Under the pieces are notes generated by a model. The model saw only the letters and a program-made list of their open reading frames with translations, did no database searches and had not been told where the DNA came from. Position numbers and translations under genes: made by a program. A stretch of 64,000 nucleotides of DNA, filler included, from Sphacelaria rigidula (lineage: Eukaryota): NCBI GenBank assembly GCA_964200075.2. It is 5 parts of 5 records of this genome, joined end to end, with 100 filler letters (N's around TTAATTAATTAA, not from the genome) between each part and the next. Parts side by side here need not be neighbours in the genome. Positions count along the whole stretch, not along the records: positions 1 to 12,754 come from CAXNAA020003444.1; positions 12,855 to 25,604 come from CAXNAA020003445.1; 3 more parts are not named here. One strand, written 5' to 3'. Shown here in pieces: positions 12,053 through 24,883 of this stretch (its first letter is position 1; the number at the start of each line of letters is the position of its first letter).

Positions 12053-12754
12053 CCGTGTACGTGTCTGTTGATACAGCGATTCGGATATGATTCACATGAC
12101 ATTAGGTCATGGAATATTCCATGTAGTCTGACCATGACTGCTTCACGCGTGATATGTATGCAAGAAGGTACGTGGTTTCTTCCGAGCACGAAGGCTGTAT
12201 GTTTATCAAACCCATCTGTCTTGAAGACTCCATGCGCCGATGAGGAACCCCTTGGAGCAGTCCTCTGACCTTCTTCTGAGTCCTGGAGGGCCTATAGAGG
12301 GGAGCGGGTCGACTTGCGCGAAGCTTGGTGACAAGTGAGGAGAATGTGGCATTTTTTGTTGCAGGAGTGAAAGAGTCGGGTAAGGCCTGAATGGTAGCGC
12401 CAGCAGAAAGGAAGGAAAAAGCAGTGACGAAGGCCATCTGGTCCGCTGCTGTGGGTCGTTTTTGTGGTCTCCGGCGTAGGCAGCAGAAAATGGAAGGAGC
12501 GCCGGGCTTGCGAAGAGTCACAGCATTATGGTAATGCTTGCAGGACTGTACCACGCGCAATGTGACGGGACGCTGTGCGAGCAAGTGCTATTCCTTCGGT
12601 AAGTATGGGTTGCTCCCAAAGGTTGGCCAATGCCTTCTTCGGGAGCTACGTTCGATTTATGTTTGGAGGTGATGCGTTCCGGGTGACGCGTCGGTTGGAG
12701 TCATCCTACGATAGGGGGGGGAGTATTTTGGGCCATTTGTTGCTCAAAATTTCG

Positions 12755-12854
12755 NNNNNNNNNNNNNNNNNNNNNNNNNNNNNNNNNNNNNNNNNNNNTT
12801 AATTAATTAANNNNNNNNNNNNNNNNNNNNNNNNNNNNNNNNNNNNNNNNNNNN
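12755..12854. other. Artificial contig linker N44-TTAATTAATTAA-N44
   Basis: direct; six-frame stop linker. Confidence 0.99.
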
Positions 12855-12871
12855 ACCCCATTCATGTTGCA

Positions 12872-13365
12872 GGGGGGGGGGGGGGGTACTCATAGTCATG
12901 ATCTTGCATGCCGTGTTCGTAAAACCATTGCCTTGTCATCCCTACAAAGCAGGAACGGAGCGCGCCGCGTTTTCGCAGGCTCGCAATCATCAAGCGCGAA
13001 GCGCCGTGGTGTGCTGGGCGAGTCGCATGAGGGATGACCTGCATCCTGCTGAGATTATTCGGCCCGGAACGCACTAATTTTCTTGTATGCAGATGACAAC
13101 CTCCGATGAGTTGCTTCATCTTCTGATATCGGCACTCCCAGAAACAGCCATGGGGTACACACTGCCTCATGGGTGTCTCACCACTGAAACGCGACGTAAG
13201 TATGATCGCCCCCTTTGCGTGGAATTAAGACTCCCCCACCCGAAACAATATGATCTAACCCGACCACCATTGTTACCGCAAAAAAATTGGTAACCTGGTT
13301 GCCTAGCTTGAGCAGTGAGTGGCGTGTTTTACAGCGTCGTCGCCAACCGACGCCAACCCTTTGGC
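12872..13365. repeat. G-run/GTACTCAT dispersed repeat, long copy
   Basis: G-run then gtactcat; colinear with 51797-52320 over about 500 bp. Confidence 0.8.
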
Positions 13366-13811
13366 GGGAGGGGTTATCCCCGTAAGTGTCGGTCGCAGCC
13401 TCATCACCTTTTTGACATTGGCGACACCACGATATTTGTTTCTGTCCCTCCTGAACAGATGGTCCCGTTCGTCCAACCCCGGCCCCCCACCAACGCGATA
13501 GAAAAAATCCCCCAAAGTTAGGCGGGCAACAATAAATCCTCAACCTCGTGGGAGACACAGAAAACGGGTGGGTGCCTATTAATAGCACGTAGTGCTAACA
13601 AATTCACGGATGAGTGTTCTACAGAGATCGTTGGGTTGGCGACCCAACCGCCGGTCGGCGAAAAAGGTTATATTAGGGAGCCTCTTCTTGTAAAATAATG
13701 TACGAAGAGGCCCAAAAAAATGGGAGCGGGGAGCAGGGGAGATATGGACACACCAAATAGCAAGAAAAGGATTTACAAGGGTCTGTGGAGGTTTCATCAC
13801 CTTTGACAAAC

Positions 13812-13945
13812 TCACGATCTGATATGTTGGTCCTTCGCCGGCCCTTCCTCTTCGTCTCCCTGCTCGTCAAGCGTCCTGACCAACAAGCGTATCACCTCTC
13901 CAACATCCTTACACCGCCGCATCCAGCGCACGCGATCGGCTTCTG
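13812..13945 (-). CDS. Possible terminal coding exon (EADRVRWMRRCKDVGEVIRLLVRTLDEQGDEEEGPAKDQHIRS*)
   Basis: Protein-like composition, TAG/CAG acceptors just upstream, stop at 13812; link to the 21.5-25.2 kb exons not established. Confidence 0.3.
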
Positions 13946-14071
13946 TGCTATCCACGAATATTTTGTGGGTAGTGCGGATGATGTAGGTTCCTGATGACGT
14001 CATCTTGGGCGCCACGTCCTCGCACACCCAGCTGCAGCGGACACGAGATATTATCAAGAAATGAAATACTG

Positions 14072-15733
14072 CGCACGTTGGACAGATCAGCTCCCTGTAG
14101 CTCGAGCTAGCTCTTTTTTAGCGTAGCTCCCTAGTAAGCTATGAGAGCTACATGAGCTATGCATGTTTTTCCCTGGGTGAGCTACGAGAGCTACATGAGT
14201 TATACATGTTTGCCCTACGTGAGCTACCAACACGTAGCACACCAGCTCATATTCGTCCTGGGTGAGCTATGGGAGTTACATGAGCTACACACGATTGTCA
14301 TAGGTGAGCTACCAGCTCGTAGCTCATTAGCGCATATTCGTCCTGGGTGAGCTATGAGAGCTGCATGAGCTACGCATGTTTGCCCTGAATAAGCTACCAC
14401 CACGTAGCTCACCAGTTCAGATCCTACTTGAGTGATCTATGAGAGCTGACCCTAACCCCAACCCTTACCCTCATCAGCTCAGATTCTCCCTGAGCGAGCT
14501 ATGGTAGCTGCATGAGCTACGCATGTTTGTCCTGGATGAAATATGAGAGATGCATGAGCTACACATGTTTGCCCTGGGTGAGCTATCGGATGTAGCTCAT
14601 CCGCACATGTCTGTTATGGATGAGCTATGAGAGCTACATGAGCTATGCATGATTGCCCTGGTTGAGCTGAAAAGCTGCGGGAGCTACGCCGATCTTGGAG
14701 TTGTTTATGTCCCGATGCTCATGCATGTTGATATTGTACGTACGTGACGACGGTTAAATGTTCACGCACCTGTGTTGTGTTTCGTGTAGCGATGGATTTG
14801 CTTTTGTAAACATCAACATGACTGCACCACAAGTCATCCGCATCATAGCCACAACACACAATTCGCCCTGCATGGCGACCGCGGGGGGCAGCAGCTGTAG
14901 CGGCGCTTCGGTCGGAAATGAACGAGGATTCCTGTTGACTTCTTTTCTTCCTATCGCGAAGAGTAAGGCAAAACACCACAACCTAATGATATGTGACGCC
15001 ATCCGTTCGAACACGAATTTTACATCATAAGCGACACCGGGTTGATCAGGGGCGAGCTAGGCACATGACGTGGGTGAGCTACGAGCATGTGTCCCTGGGT
15101 TGAGCTACAGAGCTTGGCTCATCCGCTCATGTTTCCCCCGGGTGAGCTATAAGAGCTGCGTGAGCTACACATGTTTGCCTTGGGTGAGCTATCGAGCGTG
15201 GCTCATCCGCATATGTTTTCCCTGGGTGGGCTATGAGAGATGCATAAGCTACACATGTTTGCCCGGGATGAGCTATGAGAGATGCACGAGCTACACATGT
15301 TTGCCCTGGGTGAGCTACCGGACGTAGCTCACCCGTACATGTCTACCCTAAATGAGCTATGAGAGCCACGTTAGGCGCACATGTGAGCTACCGACCCGTA
15401 GCTCATCAGCTCATTTTCGTCCTCTGGGAGAGCTATGGGAGCTGTATGAGCTACACACGTTTGCCATATAGGTGACCTACCAACCCGTAGCTCATCAGCT
15501 CATACTCATCCTGGGTGAGCTATGGGAGCTGCATGTGCTACGCATGTTTGCCCTGGATAAGCTACCAACCCGTAGCTCATCAGCTCAGATTCTCCCTGGG
15601 TGAGCTATGAGAGCTGCATGAGCTACGCATGTTTGTCCTGGGTGAGCTATCGGACGTAGCTCACATGTACATGTTTGACTACAAGTGAGCTACGGCCCGC
15701 GGACGAGCTAGCCCATGAGCTGTCCGACGTGTC
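14072..15733. mobile_element. Non-autonomous DNA transposon, CACAC..GGACA family, AGCT-rich subterminal arrays (older copy)
   Basis: TIRs cgcacgttggacag / ctgtccgacgtgtc; flanks aaatactg / gaacactg (6/8, eroded TSD); internal segments homologous to 53611-54754. Confidence 0.85.
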
Positions 15734-16234
15734 GAACACTGGTTATCGGTAATCGCAAGTCCATTTGCATCACCCATCATAAGTTGACGCCAAAAGCTAC
15801 GCGTCGCTCAATTCAGTATATTCAGTAGCAAACCCAGCCGATCTCTCAGTGACACGTTGATAGTGTACTATTATATCTGCTATTCGCGCCGCGGTGGTCA
15901 AAGCGGTACAGCAAAAACTACATACGACGGAATGCTGCACGTTCAAATCCGGAGAGATACGTTCAGTTATAGATCAGCAAATGATAATCAAAGCCTGTTT
16001 TCCGCCGTTGGAATCGTGAGGGCCCGAGTAGCAAAGGAAAAAATCGACGAGTGTCGACGATGTGGCGAGTGCTGATAAGTCATGATCCAATCCTCGATGA
16101 CAAAATGTAGGTGTAGTACAGGGGGATAGGTGGAAGCGGTAGGCTTAATCCCTCCAGACTACAGACTCGTCCCGAGGAAAGGGAGGAGTTCAATCCTTCC
16201 ACAACCAGGGTTGATATTCTGTGAGCTGCAGACA

Positions 16235-16294
16235 ATTTTCAAGTGAAAATAATGCCAGTTCAGCAGATGATCCACTTGGTGATCAGAAGGTTAA
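16235..16294. repeat. Fragment of the TTAA-flanked MITE family
   Basis: ttttcaagtgaaaataatgcc...ttcagcagatgatc...aaggttaa resembles the units at 19370-20757. Confidence 0.45.
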
Positions 16295-17410
16295 CGCACG
16301 ATAGGGGGAAACATATATAAACTCCGGCGCCTTGAACATCATTCAGAATAGCACATCACGGTCGATTCAGCGGCCAGAAAAGAACTGCCGCACGTTGCAG
16401 TCTCCAGGCCTCGTTTGTCCGGTACGATCAGCATCCCAGCTCCACTCTTCGTACTTCGCCCTGCGATGACTATCTGTTATATAGCTGAAATTTACTAGAT
16501 TGGTACGTTTAGGTGCTGGAACCTTGCAGTACACGTAGTGCTGTATGGATCACATCAACGTCTAGAGGCGCTCGAGATGGGCCAGTGGCTGCCGATCCAG
16601 CTCAGCGGAACGCGTAGTGTTGACAAATATCCGGGAATTCAGCAGCAACATATGGTAGGCAGGGTATTGTACAGTAAAGGTTAGTTTAAGCTTAAAGACC
16701 AAAATACATCCGTCGATTTGTCACTCGGGATTCGAAAGTACGGACCCACACTTCTGAGAGAACGTGTCGACCATGAAGGCCATCATAAACCGTAATTTTC
16801 TCTCCTGCCTGACCTACTCAGGCCCACTCGATCGACGTTTAGCAAGTGAATCCCGCTCATAATTCCCGTGTAAAAGCAAGAGGGAGAATTAAGGAAACGA
16901 AGGTCGTCCAATTGGTCGATGCACACACTGGATGCTCCTCTACCCTTCAGGTAACCCCTCTAGCCTTCAGGTAAGAACCGTCAAACAACGAATAACAAAC
17001 AAAAGGTTTATCATTTCCTGAGGGCTTGAATCCCAATACAATACCCTCGCAAAGTATTACAGATGGGCCTCTTCATATTTTGTACGCGCAAACCAACTTT
17101 TGACGAGCGACAGCGTGATGACGACCAAAACATCCCCCAATTGCCGTAGATAACTCGTCTTTGGTGTGCTCGAATGGCGTAAGAGAATAGTAGCGCCCAA
17201 TGCATCTCTCAGAGCGGGCGGCGTTATCCAGAGTGCTTGTACAGTCCACCAGAAACCTACAGTACTGATTGTGCTAGGTTTCGCTGCTGCGCGTGTTGTT
17301 TGGCTCGGAGACACGTCCTGATTGATTTGGATGGGATCAACCTGTACCGGTTCGTGGGATGGCACTCCATATCCGTGTATATATACATACTGTAGCTATT
17401 GTGACGAACA

Positions 17411-17493
17411 TAAAATAACAATAACAATAACAACAATAATAATAATAATGATAATAATGATAATAATAACAACAACAATAATAATAATAGTAA
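17411..17493. repeat. Compound (ATA/ACA/ATG)n microsatellite
   Basis: direct. Confidence 0.9.
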
Positions 17494-19010
17494 CATGTGG
17501 TAAGCCACGGCTGACGCGCGTGGCAGCAGTGCCGCAGGTATCAACGGCACAAGTCTAGCACGTGATCAAAATATTGCCCTGATTGTTGTTGTTGTTGTCT
17601 TCACATTAAACTGATAATCACCATAATTCTATCAGTAAAAGCAGATGAGAACTCCCAACCCCACGGTTAACCGTAACCACTACGGAAGAAGAAAATGGAG
17701 GCCTGACCGTGTTGTCGCCAACCCGACAGCGCTACATTCGTGGAAAAACTATCTATCCCGAAAAAGTAAGGACCAAACCGAGTAGAATGGCCCACCGTCT
17801 CTCATCTAGCCCCCCTCACGGGATGTACAGTTATATCTTCTTAAGGCGTGCCCTGGACCACTTCTGTTGAGATGACAGTTCATTAGACCTTTCCTTCTCC
17901 GCACGCTTGCTACAACACACTGGTGATGGAAAAATCTCTTTTGAAAATTGATTGCCCCAACAACGGCCAGTTTTCAGTCTGATCGCGAAGAATTCACGTC
18001 CAGATTAGGGTTACACACCAACTATCAAACAAGGATTGATTAAGTTGTACCTACGAAAATAGAAGAGGCGTTTCTGTCGTATAACGCCATCTTTTTGCCT
18101 GCGGCGTGCGGGAGCAAATAATGGACCTACTCAAGTCGTCAATACACGGCTACAGCAGAGCCACACAGTATTGTCCACGCATGGCAGCAGCAGCACACAA
18201 TGGATCGCTCGCCACACAGCATAGCTGTGAAACAGTACGCTCAGGGTTACACGCAACTCTACACAATGAGTGGCGCGGTCAGTCGTGGTGCAGGTGCTGC
18301 ACCCGCCACCGGCACTTTCGCATTGGATGGTTCTCCCTTACTTGACAATAGTCAAGGTGGAAGTACAACCGATTCTGCCTTGTCGATGACACTGTTCATT
18401 TTGAATGTCAAGGGGTGAAGGGTGTCTTCAAACAGGGCACCGGTTCCATGTCGAGTGCCTCGAGTACCTGCCAGCAGCCGTAGCGAGTGTTGCACGGCAT
18501 GAGATATTTGTTGCTACTCTGGCTACAGGCTGTCGCTACCGTACGCTCGAGAGTGCATATATGTGTGTGAGCGTGGCCGGCATCCGAGGTCATCGTGACA
18601 GAGCGGGAAAGGGGCAGGAGTAAAAATACAAACGTCGCAGAGCCGATCACACCTTTCGATTTTTTTCCGTGTTCCTTGATCAATTTCTGAACCCACGTGC
18701 AGATCTGGGGTTCGATCTGTACAAAACGGTTCTCGATAGGATTCAAAACTGGTCGTTTTGGGGGCAATCCCCATTCAAAGGGCGATGTTGGAAAAGAGAA
18801 AAAAAGAAATCGATAAGAAAGGCCCACTACGTGGTGTTCAAATGGTGAGACACCCATGAGGCAGTGTATAAGCCGTGGTTGCATGTGTGCGTGTACTCTA
18901 GCGCCCTGTCTATCTGTTTCTGTAATCCTTATGCTGTTCCTGAAATCCCCAATGAATCATCCGCGAACATCAATCCTTATGTAGGGGGGGGGGGCGGGGG
19001 TATCAAACAC

Positions 19011-19353
19011 TGTGTTGTCGTCCCATCTATTCTGGACGCCGGTCTACACCTTTCGGTATATGTGGGCGCACCAGCCGGGGGCTCACAGGAGGAAGGTCAA
19101 CACAGGAGGCTTTTCTTTTTTGCTTGTTTTAGTTTTCCACCTTCCTTCTGCGGTGCTTGCCTTTTATATATCGCGAGAGGGGTGTAGCAGTCCCTTTCCC
19201 TCGTCGACCATTGAGTCGATTTTTTCTACCCACGACATGGTCGCTCTCCACTGTTTGGCATTGTGTGAGAAAAAATCCCAGACTGCTCCAAGATTCGAAC
19301 CCATGACCCAACCGTCAGAGGGCTTGGAGGTTACCGACTGAGCCACCGGGGCG
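19011..19353 (-). mobile_element. tRNA-derived SINE, full-length copy
   Basis: Minus strand starts CGCCCCGG, A box TGGCTCAGTCGG, B box GGTTCGAATC; body shared with the 42812, 38555 and 51403 copies; ends ACAACACA. Confidence 0.85.
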
Positions 19354-19369
19354 AGGCTGTATCCATGAA

Positions 19370-19924
19370 TAACCCCTAGACCGTGATGCCGGTAGTCCAT
19401 CTGGATCACGCACACTTTTTTCAAGTGAAATTGATGCCGATTCCACGGGTGATCTACCCTCGTGGTGAAAGGGTTGACTTCTTGACCGCGAGGGTAGGTC
19501 ACCTGCTGAATCGGCATCAATTTTCACTTGAAAAGCTCATGCGTGATGCAGATGGACTACCCGCATCGCCGTCTAAGGGTTAACCTTGGACCGCGAGGAG
19601 GGTAGGTCACCTGCTGAATCGGCATCAATTTTCACTTGAAAAGCTCATGCGTGATCCAGGAAGACGACAAGCACCGCGGCCTAAGGATTAAACCTTTGTT
19701 TAAGGGTCAACCATTTGACCGCGATGAGGGTAGGCCACCTGCTGAATCGGCGTCAATGTACATAAACAAAGTATATGTGATCCAGATGGACTGCCCGCAT
19801 CGCGGTCCGAGGGTTAACCCTTACACCGCGAGGGTAGGTCACCTGCTGAATCGGCATCAATTTTCACTTGAAAAAAGTATGCATGATCCAAATGGACTAC
19901 CCGCACCGCGGTCTAAGGGTTAAC
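19370..19924. mobile_element. Chain of five ~105-bp piggyBac-like MITE units joined at TTAA-like sites
   Basis: Units CCCTT(T/A)GACCGCG...CGCGGTCTAAGGG with core taggtcacctgctgaatcggcatcaattttcacttgaaaa; first unit inverted relative to the next four; junctions agggttaaccct. Confidence 0.8.
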
Positions 19925-20516
19925 AGAACCTGCTGTCGGAGTAGGACCATTTTCACAGGACACTGGCGCGTAGACCCGCTCGTCCAACGAACTACATTTT
20001 GAATCCACCCACAGACAACAGAGTCGGCATGGAAAATATCACTCGGGAAGCGACGATTGCCTGCGGCTAACGTGACACAACGCATGAAAGTATACGTACT
20101 ATCAAATCAAAATCGAACCTTAGTGGTTAGTCAACATCATCCATGCCGAAAAGGAAATTGCGTCGTCCGGGAGCGTGTTGCGAGGGAGTATGGAGCGAGG
20201 TAGTACGGTGAGCAGAGCAATGCTACGGTAAAAGTGCACTTTTTGCGCAAAATCTTGTCTTGTGCAGGGGCTCCTCACGATTCTAGATGCACAAGAATAT
20301 GCGCCAGGGCATCCCCGTTTGCATCTTTTTTCGCGATATCCTTAGTATAGCACATTGGAAGAGTAATCCTGGCGTACTCTCACATATTTCATAAGTAGTG
20401 TTTTGGATGAGGTGAAGGGCCTCTAACAGAAAATATTTGTGCACCCCCACCGAAGCATCACTCAGCAAACACGCAGAGACGAATCACCACGAGGTGGATT
20501 GACAGCCTGTATGTAA

Positions 20517-20757
20517 TTGAACCCTTAGACCGCGATGCGGGTAGTCCATCGTGACCACGCACACTCGTTTCAAGTGAAATTGATGCTGATTCAGTAGGTG
20601 ACCTACCCTCGCGATTAAAGGGTTAACCCTTACACCGACCGCGACACAGCTAACCCTTACACAGCGATGCGTGCAGTCCATCTGGATCACACACTTTTTT
20701 CAAGTGAAACTGACGCCGATTCAGTAGGTGACCTACCCTCGCGGTCAAAGGGTTGAA
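20517..20757. mobile_element. Two further units of the same MITE
   Basis: cccttagaccgcgatgcgggtagtccatc...acctaccctcgcg..aaagggttaa, twice. Confidence 0.8.
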
Positions 20758-21200
20758 CGTTTTCCTGTCATAATTAACCGTTTCCCTGAACGGCAGAGGT
20801 TACGTTGGCACCTGGACACGAGAGCGTATTGTATACAACGAATGAGTTTTCCCGATGCAGTCACGGCCGTTTTTTCGGATGCAGTGACGCTGAACGGATG
20901 AAGGACTTTTTCCGATGCAGTCACGTCCGTTTTTTCCGTTACTTACTGGCCATATTTCGGCGTGCTCATGGTGGGAAGTGTAAATTACTGTCCCGAGAAG
21001 GATCACACGCTTACTTCATTCCAGTATCGAGCGGCGGATCATTTAGGCTAATAATACATAGGATAATAATTACCGCCTCGCCTCCGGAAAACAATGCTGA
21101 CAGCCTCACTCACCGCCGGTGATCCATCAAGCAAGAACCGCTCTGTCGACGCAAAAGGTGTGCTGACATTGAGGCGTGGAAAAGATCCCGATTTCCACCG

Positions 21201-21242
<42 letters not shown>
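21201..21242. repeat. (CTA)n microsatellite
   Basis: direct. Confidence 0.95.
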
Positions 21243-21243
<1 letters not shown>

Positions 21244-21503
21244 TGCACCCGCGTTGTGAACATCGTGGCCAAATCGGTTTTGCGGGTAGCCCATGCCCCT
21301 AGTCTTGCCGAATACGCGGGAAGAGGGGCACGTATTGCAGCGTAACGCCACTGACATTCGGACTTCATTCCTAAGGTCACCTGCAACCACCGGCTGTGGT
21401 GCTGCTTCTGCTTCAAACAGACCCGAAGTGTATATGCATTGCCGCCGGGTGAAGTTTGGGGTCCAGGCTCGCATAGATCGTCCTTCCAAGAGAAAATCCT
21501 CAC

Positions 21504-21898
21504 CTCTGCAACGCCTGGATGATGTCTCCGGACGGATCCGCCTTGGCCACCGCAATGAGCAGAGCCGCTACTCCGGTGTTCGAAAGTCCCCTCGGACGAC
21601 GTCCCTCTTCCGACCTCGCCCCACCCTCCGCACCAACAACAGCGACAGCAGTACCGTCAGTCCGTGCTTCTCCTCTGTGTCCGCCCTCCGATACCGGTGA
21701 CGCAGTATCAGCGGCGGCAACTCCAGGACCTTTAGTAGGTGATACCGTGGCTTCATTCGATCGTGCATGGACGTCTTTCCTAACTTCATGTGGTGTTGGG
21801 GAACATCGCCATGCCCATCTAGCCATCACTTCCAGAAAAGGATAAGCTTGTCTTGCGGCCCGCAGTGCTCCCGGGGTTTGCGCTGCTCCTTCTTGCAC
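21504..21898 (-). CDS. Exon of uncharacterised multi-exon gene (VQEGAAQ...IIQALQR)
   Basis: Acceptor TCTCTTACGCTCAG, donor AG/GTGAGG, 395 nt open, phase 0 to 2. Confidence 0.6.
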
Positions 21899-22685
21899 CT
21901 GAGCGTAAGAGACAGGATGTATGTCAAGTAAAGTATACTGCTTCGACTTCCTCAATTTGACTTCGACTTACTTCATACATTCTTCTGACGGGAGGTTGGA
22001 CAAAACTGTTTTCTGAGCTGGTCCCCACGCCACACAGGCGATACGCGCTCCCGGTGACATGTCTCGCAATTCACATCCCGCATTGCACACATCCATGCGC
22101 AACCGCGAAAATCGTTGACATGTCTCCCATTCTATTGGTATTGGTGTTCGTGTTCGTGCTTTTGCTGCCGAGAAAAAGTACTCATCATCCGGGACCGACT
22201 TGGGGTTCGGGTACTGCAGTCTACGTTCAAAAGTAAGGTGTGCTCCCCAGCATTTGATCAGCGGGTAACGATATCACATGCTGAGTGAATAGACAAGTCC
22301 TGCTCTATAGTCACAGCGAGCGTTTAGACCTTCGCGGTATCGTACCTCTCTCGAAGAATTATAGCAGCGGGTGGCCATGGCCCATGAGAACAGACAATAG
22401 CTCATTTGGAGAATTCGAGACTTTTCAAGCCTTGATAAATTCGACTGTTCCGCTGAAAAACGGTGATTGTCCGACTGGTCCACCGAACGCCTGGAAGTGG
22501 TGATAGTAGCAGCTGGTCAATTGCTAAGAGCGCCCTAGCGAGAAGACAAGTACCGAGTGGTTCTACTGCACACTTGTGTCCGGAAGAAGAGACACAAAAG
22601 CATACTGTACGCTCGTCTTCGATTTGTGACGAGGTTGGGGTTTGTGAGATACCCCAGCCGCTTCAAAGAATATAAAGGGATTCAC

Positions 22686-22820
22686 CTCAGCGAAGGAGTC
22701 GACCAACGGGTATCCGCCGAACTCTGGCCGAAGGGCTGCTCCATGCACGTTGTCCTGCGCCTTGGAAGCGGCTTGATCGTGACCAGGCGTAAATATCCCT
22801 CTGCACAACACTATTACAGC
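22686..22820 (-). CDS. Exon of uncharacterised gene (AVIVLCRG...PLVDSFAE)
   Basis: CAG acceptor, GAG/GTGAAT donor, 135 nt, phase 0/0, compatible with the next exon. Confidence 0.55.
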
Positions 22821-24302
22821 CTGTCCACCCGGCGGCGAAGTCCAGGCCAACGTCAAGGCAAAAGTACGGTAACATCAAGGTGGACTTGAGCCCGGAGCTT
22901 TCTTACCCTGCGATCGGCAAAAGCCAACACAGGATCGGTGTTCTTCATGTACTTCGATTGATAGATTGATAATTTCACGCGTACATTGATCTGATACATA
23001 TGTAGTCGTGATCACAGCATCACGACATACAAGAATACCTAAGGGTAGCAAATAGAGCACTCGCAAATGGAAACTAGAGGAAGACGAAACGCTGAAAACA
23101 CACGGAGAACAAATGGAGAAACTTGAAAACGAGAGGAGGAGAAACGAGAGGAGGAGAGGCGAGAAGAGACAAGGAAGGAAAGGGAAATGAGGAAGAACGA
23201 AAGAGGAGAGCAAGATAAACGGCAGGCTGGCATCTACTTATCAGTCCCAAGTAAAGGACTCTGTCGCGTAGCTTCGGGTAAGGAAGCCGCACAGAAGCAA
23301 ATGAAAACCAAAGTGAATACGATCATGGCGATAAATTGTGAATCAGCTATCTGGGGAACACATGATACCAGGAGGAACTCACGCCCGCAAGCGCTGCAGG
23401 AGCGAGGCGCGAACACTATTATAATGATGCGGCACCAACAAAAGAAGGACACTGCGCTGCGACATTGAACTTTCTGCCGCGGACCATCGTCACAAAATGC
23501 ACTAGCTACGGGAGAATGGCGTGTACACCTGCGAAATTCAGGATGTTCTTCCAGACTAGTTTGTGCCGAAGCATGCAATAAACCCATGAACACCGAGAGG
23601 GTGATGTCATGTAGTAACGACACTCACAGAGCCTACAGCGCTGGGTCTATTATCTTCGCGTAGCATGATCCCGCAAACACCAGGGATGGGCTTGCGGGGG
23701 CGGGAGGGAGGACGGTTGGTCCGAATCGCTGTTTTTGCAGAGATAACACCTGCTTGGGGAAGTCCCTTGCTAGGCATACGCCGCCGGTCATAGTTATTCG
23801 CGCATGAATTACCAGTAGCAAAAGAATGCCGAGGCAGTACAGCACAACGGTACAGTGGTGACCGCGCCAGCAGCACATGCGGCCATGCACGTACCAAGAT
23901 GCCAACACACACGAGAGAAACGTCTACAATATCAACGAAATGTTGCGTGCACCTCAAACACGGCATAGTACGGCATAATACTGCTGCACTCAAGTCGGCT
24001 GAAAACTTTAGTAGTACATCACTCTTGCTACGCGCCTATATCCATTTAGCGTCAAGTTACGCCTACAGAAGACATCCTCCAAAACGTCACGGGAATGCCA
24101 CGTGACAAAATCTCGGAACAGACGCCATGGGCGTTGAAAGGATCGCTGTAGATGCTGCACGATAGCAAAACCCGAACTCCCAAGTCACGCACATATATGG
24201 CAACGTGACTCTACCTTCGATGATCAATTACTGGGACTTTCATATCCACGTAGTACCACAAAGCCGAAGAAGCAGTGGGGGTAGCACTGTGGCAAACCTC
24301 AC

Positions 24303-24509
24303 ATGTAGACGATCGCGGGCAGGAGCGTGCTCCATCACCGCCTTCAAGTGGAACACAAAATCACGTTTTATTTCCGGCGGAGCTCGCGCCTCCAGTAGCC
24401 TCGCGGTGGACCACACCAAGCAGAACTCGGCCAGACAACGTTCTGTATCCGCCATGGCTTCGCGTCGCAGATGCGGTGTCTTGTATGTCGGATAAAAGCC
24501 TTCCGATAT
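24303..24509 (-). CDS. Exon of uncharacterised gene (ISEGFYPT...APARDRLH)
   Basis: CAG acceptor, CAT/GTGAGG donor, 207 nt, phase 0/0. Confidence 0.55.
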
Positions 24510-24883
24510 CTGCCAATGCGGTCGGCGGATGGGAGAAAGTAAGCGAAAACAAACGGCACATAAAGGGGGTGGGGATGCAGAGATAAAAATAACCCGCGAG
24601 AGAGCAAGACGCGCTTCGTCTTGGCCGCCATACTGCAGTCGACCTGTGATGCCTACCGCCACAAAATGGAGGCACTGGTATCGTTCGAATGTGTACCACC
24701 GCTGCCAGAGTGACAGCAATGAGGACTCTCTACACCTCTTGGCATTTGGAGGGGGAAACGCGGGTTGTGTGCCAACTGGTCAACAGGAGCACCATAATCA
24801 CGTTCAGCAGCTATAATTATCCTCAAGAGCTACGGTTGCACTCAACAGCTATGGCTACACTCAACAGCTATGATAACACTCAC

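Noticed and set aside
11980-12584. GWPLGS-containing ORFs as a reverse-transcriptase fragment
   Set aside because: No YxDD or other RT motif seen; part of the frame is just the hairpin arm.
12799-12810. TTAATTAATTAA as a biological motif or TSD
   Set aside because: Identical in all four gaps; synthetic stop linker.
15070-15327. Repetitive ORFs (SYTCLPWVSY) in the AGCT arrays
   Set aside because: Translation of non-coding subterminal repeats.
17257-17558. Poly-Leu/Ile ORFs (similar cases at 21094-21345, 34887-35138, 39689-39907)
   Set aside because: Microsatellite translations.
19285-19353. tRNA gene
   Set aside because: A and B boxes are present, but I see no convincing cloverleaf and the head is attached to a repeated SINE body.
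19370-20757. Regularly spaced repeats resembling a CRISPR array
   Set aside because: No unique spacers, units have TIRs and mixed orientation, no cas genes, eukaryotic context.
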